Assembly (NCBI GenBank): GCA_021163645.1
Contig: JAGGTN010000029.1
Location: forward strand, 1-44,135
Length of the DNA: 44,135 bases
Origin: Candidatus Micrarchaeota archaeon
GTDB taxonomy: Archaea > Micrarchaeota > Micrarchaeia > Anstonellales > JAGGTN01
Direction of reading: 5' to 3'
The notes below the pieces were generated by a model. It made no database searches and had not been told where the DNA came from. It worked only from the letters and a program-made list of their open reading frames with translations. This document shows positions 38,201 through 44,135 of this stretch, one piece after another. Within the stretch, counting starts at the first letter, position 1. Each line of letters begins with the position of its first letter. The translations under genes and the position numbers were made by a program.

Positions 38201-40142
38201 TCGGGTTGGATAATTTTAAATCAGGTAATCTTATTGAGCGATAATTGCCAGATATCTTGACCGAATAATCTTTTGGGATAGGAATAAATTTACTGTGTTT
38301 ATCCCCGATTGAGAACCTTATTGTGTCAAATGAAGAGCCGTTTTCAAGTACTACCTTACGTAACTCCACTGTCATTTTCTTGCCTTTATATTTTGGGTTG
38401 GTGATATTGATTCCAAGTTTTGTTCTCTCTCCTGTTTTTATCTTTTTTACCTCTATGTTAACATCTGTTTTATTTGAAGGATTATGAATAAAATTAGCTA
38501 TCCCCAATCCGATAAATATTGATGACATGACGATGTTGGATATATCTTCGGGTGTGAATGTAGTTAATGAGCCATTTGCAAATTCAGTCATAAGATTATA
38601 ACTCATCCCACTGACTAGGACGCCTGCAGAAATGTCTTTTAATCTGCCTAAGGCATTGGCTAAAGCTCCCTGCGCTACAAGTTCTTCTCCTATTCCTGTT
38701 ACCATCATTATTGGGAGCGAAGCATTAGCCACAGCTCCCAACCAGTTTTTCTGTTTAATATTTTCAATGGTTCCTATTACTCCTTCTGCTCCGAAATATG
38801 CTTTTACTACCCCTGATCCTAACCTGTTTAACATTGTAGCTGCTTTAATTGATGAGGCAGAGCCAGAAATAGGTAATGATAGTAAGAATAATATCGTTGG
38901 TCCAGCTGTAAATCCTAACCCTGGAACCTTCTGGCAGTACAATGTGTTTGATATTGCATGAAAATCCAATCGTGTATATTCACTTGATCGTTCGCCGAGT
39001 TTATTTGTTATGTCAGAATAATATAATTTGTTTTGGGTCTTGAATATTGGTTTGTAGTCAAATACATTGAATCGTTTAATTAGTTCTGGGAATGTCTGGG
39101 GTGCTAATGGTGAATGGTAAATATCACCAGGCATTTTGGAATAATTATTGGTTTTATATTTCATTTCTTTATTAAATGTCTTGAAATCGTTTGTTTTTTT
39201 GAGAATGCTGACTGTTTGCTTGAGATTATATAAGACCTGTTGAACTGTTAAGTCTGCTTTATGTATCTTATCATTGATTTTTTTAATAGAATTCTCTGTG
39301 AAAGGTGATTCTGTTTCATCTTTGGATAAAACAACTACATAATCATCAGTCATACTGCCCCATACTTTTCTGAATGGTGAAAATTTCTGTATCTCTCCTG
39401 TTTTTGGGTCTTTGTATGTTTTTGCTTGATAGCTGTTTAATGGTACTATCGTGTAACGCTCATTATTAAGATACTTCTTGTTCAATGTTTCTTCATCTTT
39501 CTCGTTCTCAACATATAATACATTTTCTATTCTATTTATTTTTATATTCTCGGTGACGATTTCCATTCTATTTATTATTTCTGCTGAGGTGTATGCCCAT
39601 GTTTTGCTTAGGACATAGAATGACATGAAGTCAGTTATATTATTTATTTTATCTTTGTTTAATAACTCATTTTCTAATTTTTCTTTGAGTTGTTCTAGTG
39701 TATTCAAGTCCATGTTTGTGAGTATGTTTTTAAATTTATCTAAGTTTTTATCTGCTTCTAAAGTTAAATTCTCTATGTCTATATTTGTCTTAGATACTTC
39801 TTGATTTTGAATTATCGGAACTTCGATTTCCTGTCCATGTGTGCTTGTGATATCTGTATCTGCAGTAACAAAATTTGGTTTGATGAGTATCGGTGTTGAT
39901 AAGGATAATATCTTATTAACCTCTATGTACATATCAGTAGTTTTCATATTGGCCAAATTTTTTATCTGAGACCTGGAACCGTATTTTTTGATGAATGAAG
40001 ATAACTGTTTTCTGATTTCTGGTTCATGTTTCTTCTCAATGGTTATTTTATTTCCTTCTTTTGTCATGTATCTCTGTGCATTGTCTATGAGAAGTAATCC
40101 TTCTATAAAGTTTGCGTCTCTGGTTTTAGTCTTTACTGACAT
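35226..40142 (-). CDS. Giant multidomain membrane protein: hydrophobic helical segment, two divergent GGDEF-like domains, C-terminal kinase-like domain
   Basis: 1638-aa ORF. Hydrophobic G/A-rich helices at aa ~408-552; SVILTDGVNFGKLNDFY...GGTEEFLV at aa ~780-833; second degenerate copy at aa ~1060-1140; DDHLRN and RIDIE near the C-terminus. The ORF is secure; domain calls are by eye. Confidence 0.7.
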   Translation of the reverse strand: MSVKTKTRDANFIEGLLLIDNAQRYMTKEGNKITIEKKHEPEIRKQLSSFIKKYGSRSQIKNLANMKTTDMYIEVNKILSLSTPILIKPNFVTADTDITSTHGQEIEVPIIQNQEVSKTNIDIENLTLEADKNLDKFKNILTNMDLNTLEQLKEKLENELLNKDKINNITDFMSFYVLSKTWAYTSAEIINRMEIVTENIKINRIENVLYVENEKDEETLNKKYLNNERYTIVPLNSYQAKTYKDPKTGEIQKFSPFRKVWGSMTDDYVVVLSKDETESPFTENSIKKINDKIHKADLTVQQVLYNLKQTVSILKKTNDFKTFNKEMKYKTNNYSKMPGDIYHSPLAPQTFPELIKRFNVFDYKPIFKTQNKLYYSDITNKLGERSSEYTRLDFHAISNTLYCQKVPGLGFTAGPTILFLLSLPISGSASSIKAATMLNRLGSGVVKAYFGAEGVIGTIENIKQKNWLGAVANASLPIMMVTGIGEELVAQGALANALGRLKDISAGVLVSGMSYNLMTEFANGSLTTFTPEDISNIVMSSIFIGLGIANFIHNPSNKTDVNIEVKKIKTGERTKLGINITNPKYKGKKMTVELRKVVLENGSSFDTIRFSIGDKHSKFIPIPKDYSVKISGNYRSIRLPDLKLSNPNLKQSLPAGKTIGEAMGKDTKPLLSTQPNVNINITNQAKQWFKNQPEHAIIIPPKQAIDNIGEMITENHIPPAYWNELIDDYFKAITTPGYIHFDDKTTGRVSIAQKLNDLIDNMHEFNMKWEQFGIKLDHFDASVILTDGVNFGKLNDFYTPDVMDNVMEIYNNTLKEKLGRNVVVEGGTEEFLVMVFGKYDPKLYEKAIVTANEKVKEYIKSIEGEGLLFNKLDYPSPEKRSGVLTFSVYENMKIDNDIGETMERNTEILLRFEKLYDKDIRMVENGDKLLVTELVNNGMDRNRAQDIVSATKKNRIVEANLDKRELSILELTYSRIEGNVMAQTMARRSTDLSNGTTLSSVNGNILKSEIYEDVNSKIMKKTSTSSGIKQSNADIEGVLSEDWLIQNSDEITQEINSGKYKMLIVDYQLNGGPFTGRRTVKIMNDNTSMAQTDVFIGNIGRILFNEFRNIEKGTPKDELGEFAGVYRTKKKNFIVLLPANANVREFNIRINNALNNSLVNGITGDIKMIVKSGLDSDRSLKQNISDGLTVLTNYYNMGSSVSVIDWSPQYRKLSSDLIHKNKMIQRILFSCKHIPPEERPRELIETLNLLGLPKDITYNGKYWYSKTDGVIDIDNYKLKMNNLLEDPVISNRIDTILQSKKIEITYGFDFNDYDKITLIPFNESYFVSTIESAYLPSDIAIPSEMGNNFNTLISSVIDKFKLPVNFKKLSKISISKVSESGEMSKLDTKTNVYKITIIDTDGNKSAFYLRKSLSDYPEIFHDPSKKYQQLEESGANSDAIFSITISILTKEGNIYRYDIIKEAPGVDLIDGLVHSIPVINGVDESIQLKLSGNYSILEKNILRAIIYKSGYNTEAQKQLSIDDDHLRNFRIYAEHINDKTFETIINDPNTKIFGNINSSKGFACVSKNGIFFKYNKEYYKIGINRIDIEKKGEPKNLNDLFTGKAKRSNEKKLFKDISSMLGSEEMERLYNEGKQSFK

Positions 40143-40202
40143 GTTTCAACCCCAAATTTTTATATTATGCGGATTCAAGTTTTTGGATCCGGATAGGTTT
40201 GT

Positions 40203-41072
40203 TTATAATGGAATGTAGATGTCATCAGCATCAGGGTAGAGTTTTTGGTTGCTTATTCTTGTAATGGGTTTTCCTTCTGATGTCATTACTGTTTCTAACG
40301 CATGCTTACTATTTAGCAACCTCTCCATTAATTCTAGGTTTTCTTTCATTCGTTTCCAATCAATGGCTTCTTTTAATGAATTCCATTTCTCTTTTTTATC
40401 ATTCATTATTTTATCCTTAATATCAGTTAGATATTTCAAGGCAATAGCTCTATCAAATCGTCCGAGTATTCTTACCAGATCTAGCCGTAATGGATCATCG
40501 TTAATTATCATATTATAAAATCTACGTGCCAGTCGTTCATCATCAGCGTTTTCATCTACACATTTTTTAAACATGAAAAATCTCAGCACATAACCTACCT
40601 TGATTTTTCTATTATTCATCTGACTGAAAAAATCTAATAATTCTTTCTTGCCCTTGTTTGTTGTTGCACCTCTAACCATTACCATACCTAATATCACAGT
40701 AATCGTATTATAGGTTAGATTCGCTACTTCTATTTTATCGATTTGCTTAGCAGCCAATTCGTCTCCTTTTGTGATATATTCATGCCTAAGCTTATCCTTA
40801 GCAGATGAGATTAACTTCTCCATCTCAATACTATATTTTTCGAGAGCTGCTCGTGCCTCTTTGGTTAAATCTGTGCAATTTATCTTATCCAATTCTTTCA
40901 ATAACCAATTAGTATTTGGAGAAGCATAGAATAATAGACTTGATTTGCCTAATTCCAATATCTTTTTAAGTTCTTTATCTTTTATGGTAGCTATTACTTT
41001 AGAATATATCATAAGCCGGTTTTCTTTTGTATCAATCATATTTATTAATCGTTTCTCTATCTCAGTTAACAT
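40203..41072 (-). CDS. Hypothetical helical protein
   Basis: 289-aa ORF with GGTGA RBS. Confidence 0.75.
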   Translation of the reverse strand: MLTEIEKRLINMIDTKENRLMIYSKVIATIKDKELKKILELGKSSLLFYASPNTNWLLKELDKINCTDLTKEARAALEKYSIEMEKLISSAKDKLRHEYITKGDELAAKQIDKIEVANLTYNTITVILGMVMVRGATTNKGKKELLDFFSQMNNRKIKVGYVLRFFMFKKCVDENADDERLARRFYNMIINDDPLRLDLVRILGRFDRAIALKYLTDIKDKIMNDKKEKWNSLKEAIDWKRMKENLELMERLLNSKHALETVMTSEGKPITRISNQKLYPDADDIYIPL

Positions 41073-41148
41073 ACAATCACCTAATATAATTAAATTATGA
41101 TGATTGATTATTTTAAAGTTATTGTTTGCTGATTATAATAAAAGGGTA

Positions 41149-42105
41149 TTATACTTTCACAGCTTCCTTTTCATCTTTCCTGTGAGTAATATAATCAAAA
41201 TATGTTGATGGATAAGTTATATTTGTATATGTCTCAGGTGGGTTTTCTGAAATTGTGTTAAACATCTCTTTTGTATCACCAACGAATAATCCAAACATCT
41301 GATACATGAAACTGGATGATAGAGTGAGTAGGTAATCCTGAACGCGTTGCATTTGTATGTCTTCAGTAAAAGGGCCAAATGTTGCATACAGTAATAAGGG
41401 AGATAAGACATTATCATATTCTTCAAATCCAGGCATATCATATTCGTTTTTTCTATTTATCACCCATCTCCTTGCTTTGTTCATGTTAATGATATACATC
41501 TCATCTGGTTGTGGGATATAAGGGATGTTTGATAAGGCCAAACTGGTTAATGATAAACATGCAAAACTCTCTACAGATGCAGGTTTTACATGTAATATTA
41601 AACCCTTATCTGTAAATATGGTGATATCATCTTTGTGTTTGAACAGTAAAGAAATCATAATATCATTGGCGATGTCCTCGTTCTTTAAATTTATTATTAT
41701 GTTATCAAAATTCTGGCCGTATTCATCATTCTTTAATAATTCTCTCCTTTTTATTTCATATTCAATACCTAATTTTGTTCTGCGTAAAATATTGTATATG
41801 AAAACCTTGCTAAAAGGAAGATGGATATTTATGTTCTTTGACATAATGATCCAGTTGATATAAATATCCTTATCTTCAACATGCATTAATCGTGTATCAT
41901 CTTGGGTAAAAACGTCATTTAAGGCGATAATAATTTTCTTAATATCAGGTCGTCTTCCAGTGAGCTTATTCACTAATTTCAGACTTTTAATGCTCATATC
42001 CTCTATTCTATTCTTTACGCGAATGAAATCCTCTCTTAATCTATAATCTTTGATATCCCTAGGATTCATTATCTCCTTATTATTAATAAGTCCTATTATT
42101 TTCAT
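41149..42105 (-). CDS. Hypothetical protein
   Basis: Likely start ATG 42105 (MKIIGL), about 25 bp below a TTTATAAA box. The track's N-terminal extension overlaps a repeat. Confidence 0.7.
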   Translation of the reverse strand: MKIIGLINNKEIMNPRDIKDYRLREDFIRVKNRIEDMSIKSLKLVNKLTGRRPDIKKIIIALNDVFTQDDTRLMHVEDKDIYINWIIMSKNINIHLPFSKVFIYNILRRTKLGIEYEIKRRELLKNDEYGQNFDNIIINLKNEDIANDIMISLLFKHKDDITIFTDKGLILHVKPASVESFACLSLTSLALSNIPYIPQPDEMYIINMNKARRWVINRKNEYDMPGFEEYDNVLSPLLLYATFGPFTEDIQMQRVQDYLLTLSSSFMYQMFGLFVGDTKEMFNTISENPPETYTNITYPSTYFDYITHRKDEKEAVKV

Positions 42106-42189
42106 GTTATTATTATGGGAGCCATAGTTTATAAAGTTATTGTTTGAGCATAGATGTGTTTGTATTGTGTGTATCCATAAACCGTTATG

Positions 42190-42238
42190 TATTGATAGTT
42201 GGCAAATCTTCAGTATGCCAAGTTTCAATTTCGATTGC
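42190..42238 (+). repeat. Dispersed repeat family C, copy 2 (decayed hairpins)
   Basis: GTTGGCAAATcTTCAgTaTGCCAAGTTtCAATtTcGATTGC versus GTTGGCAAATaTTCAaTtTGCCAAGTTgCAATcTttGATTGC at 18900. Confidence 0.75.
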
Positions 42239-42541
42239 AAGATTGAGGTATACATGCTCAAAGAGGAGAGGAGTCTTTGTAGATAAATTACTGAGGATAA
42301 GAATAACTGAGGGATAAGAATAAGAATGATAAGGAATAATCAGTAAAAACATTCTTCTCTAATTTCTCTCTTTCGTATTTTTTACTTTGTGTTTTATCTC
42401 ATATAAGAAAAGATAAACACAGATAATTGTCTAATATCCAAATAATCATCCCAAACCAGAAAAATAAGAAGATTTTCGGTTTATTTACAATCACAGAGAA
42501 ATCACAGGATAGTGGTATGAAATAAATAGGTTTTTAAATTT

Positions 42542-43411
42542 GTGATGAGAAAACCTATTATGTCAAATCTTTTGTTTGGATATGAAGGGTATGATTCAAA
42601 GGATGAGCATAATGAGAATGAGTATGATTCAGGTGATTCAAATATTTCAAAAGAGTTTTCTAAAAATGAGTGCTCTGTTGATATGAATCAATCTATAAGA
42701 GAGAAGAAAGCAGAACTGGTTCATGAACTTCGATACGGAGATGGTAAGGAGAGGGTGGATGCAGCATCCCGATTAATTGAGATGTTGGACACTGATGTCA
42801 AGAATGAGACTACCTGGCAGTTAATCAAAGAATTAACCGCTCTGCTTGTAGAAGATTGGGCGATTGATGAGCTTAAGAGGGTTACGAAAAATATTGAGAA
42901 AAATAATAGGCATAAGAAGAATTGGGGTGAGATGCAGGCTTATCTCGTAGGAAAAATGTCTTATGAGATATTTAAGCGATTGGAAAAAGAGCAATCCGAC
43001 AGAGAGATTTTGATTATCGGTGAGTTATTAAAACGTTCTGGTTTACTGCTTATCAAACTTGTGACCAAGCCTGTTAATTGGATTTATGAACAGATATCTT
43101 CGCTTTTTAATAAAAATAAGGAAAATAAACCTGATGCTAAAGAGATCATTAACCAGATAAAAGAGGATCCTAAACAGGCATGGGCTAGAATAATGAAAAT
43201 GAATTTGGATGATACACTTACCTTATTTGAACAGGTGGATAGTATCTTTTCTGAGGAAGGGATTAACATCCCAGAGCCGGTTCAAGATAGAGATGAAGTT
43301 ATAGCAGAGCTCAGCAGTAAGATTAGCGAATTGTGTGCATCAGCACCTCAACACGTGAAAGAAAAAATAGATGTTGCATCATTAACAGAAAAGCTGGATA
43401 CAATAGCATGA
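42542..43411 (+). CDS. Hypothetical acidic helical protein (one HEAT-like segment)
   Basis: 289-aa ORF; LVHELRYGDGKERVDAASRL resembles a HEAT repeat. Confidence 0.65.
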   Translation: MMRKPIMSNLLFGYEGYDSKDEHNENEYDSGDSNISKEFSKNECSVDMNQSIREKKAELVHELRYGDGKERVDAASRLIEMLDTDVKNETTWQLIKELTALLVEDWAIDELKRVTKNIEKNNRHKKNWGEMQAYLVGKMSYEIFKRLEKEQSDREILIIGELLKRSGLLLIKLVTKPVNWIYEQISSLFNKNKENKPDAKEIINQIKEDPKQAWARIMKMNLDDTLTLFEQVDSIFSEEGINIPEPVQDRDEVIAELSSKISELCASAPQHVKEKIDVASLTEKLDTIA

Positions 43412-43651
43412 CTTGATGTATAGATTTATAGGCATGACTCGATATATATAGATTTATAGCAATAGTTTTCATTTATTATAACGTTTCCTTTTATTCTGAC
43501 CGTTAATCTTGATAAGCCTAAGATAATTCGTTTATGTTAAATTCGTTTATCATTTAGTTTATCGTTTATATTTAATTCGTTTATATTTGGGTGAAATATT
43601 GTTAGGTATAAAGTATTAAGAATAAAATTTTAGTATTAAACTTTATACTGC

Positions 43652-43702
43652 CAGTAAAATGCTCATAAAAATTATGCTTATAAAAATTATGCTCATAAAA
43701 AT
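43652..43702 (+). repeat. Family B half-element with 15-bp triplication
   Basis: CAGTAAAATGCTCATAAAAAT followed by two more ATGCT(T/C)ATAAAAAT units. Confidence 0.85.
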
Positions 43703-43714
43703 CCTATTTTCTTG

Positions 43715-43876
43715 TTATATTAACTTACCGATAATCAGAATAAGTAGAATGAATATGACTGAACCTATCATTACAGATTTAGGACTGACTTTAATACCAC
43801 CGATGTTTGTCTTACCGGCAGACATCATACCAGCAGAGCCCATCGGCATCTGATAACCTACTCTTCTTAATGCCAT
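43715..43876 (-). CDS. Preprotein translocase subunit Sec61beta
   Basis: Manual translation MALRRVGYQMPMGSAGMMSAGKTNIGGIKVSPKSVMIGSVIFILLILIIGKLI (53 aa): SAG motif, IKVSP and one C-terminal TM helix. Below the ORF-track cutoff. Confidence 0.8.
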   Translation of the reverse strand: MALRRVGYQMPMGSAGMMSAGKTNIGGIKVSPKSVMIGSVIFILLILIIGKLI

Positions 43877-44014
43877 GATAGATTAATACATGCTAATATA
43901 TTTAAATCTTTCTCTCCCATTTCTATCTATAACTATCCTCAATTGCTATTCTATTCATTTCATTCTGTGAAAATAGTGAAAGAGGATGCTGATGATAGAT
44001 GGGATGGTGAGAAC

Positions 44015-44135
44015 ATGACAACTATAATGGAAATCCAAACAAACCAAATGAATTTTGTATTTATCATGGGTATGATTAGCCTGTTTATCTTAATTACAGG
44101 ATTTATCAGTACTTGTTCTGCAACAGATACGATCG
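44015..44135 (+). CDS. Secreted protein, N-terminal part (runs off window end)
   Basis: GGTGA RBS, ATG 44015, hydrophobic signal-peptide-like stretch ending CSA. Confidence 0.55.
   Translation, partial: MTTIMEIQTNQMNFVFIMGMISLFILITGFISTCSATDTI

Noticed and set aside
35226..40142. Cas10 or retroelement polymerase
   Set aside because: No HD domain, GGDD or YxDD motif and no cas or RT context; the pattern fits GGDEF better.
35971..40518. Several + strand ORFs of 64-131 aa inside the giant gene and its neighbour
   Set aside because: Antisense shadow frames with no RBS or motifs; the same pattern appears opposite leuS, top6, gdhA and mutL.
42106..42261. 52-aa N-terminal extension of the 370-aa ORF
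   Set aside because: It overlaps a TATA-like box and the family C repeat; the downstream ATG at 42105 is more plausible.
43659..43853. 64-aa ORF on + (MLIKI repeated)
   Set aside because: Made of the 15-bp triplication plus the antisense of the Sec61beta gene.

Overview
AT-rich archaeal chromosome segment. Gene content and tRNA introns point to a DPANN-type lineage, plausibly Micrarchaeota (inference). Housekeeping genes: leuS, a bacterial-type metG, trpS, Dim2-like KH protein with top6B/top6A, OapA-like GTPase and OapC-like Zn ribbon, scpA/scpB, a KaiC-like ATPase, family-4 UDG, mutL and Sec61beta. Metabolic genes: a form III-type RuBisCO and a co-oriented redox/Fe-S block (trxA, trxB, gdhA, Mrp, DUF59, a frameshifted NifB/NifX gene). 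Two intron-containing tRNAs are not in the ORF track: tRNA-Gly(CCC) with two introns and tRNA-Asn(GTT) with a 99-nt intron. Main observations: (i) a 1638-aa membrane-anchored orphan with two divergent GGDEF-like domains and a C-terminal kinase-like domain, inside an orphan-gene island; (ii) a two-hairpin sequence/structure motif shared by the anticodon introns of the two different tRNAs; (iii) tandem acceptor-stem-mimic repeats in phase with the 5' end of tRNA-Asn; (iv) several families of dispersed intergenic repeats and strand-biased GT-rich tracts. All calls come from reading motifs by eye; no searches were run.
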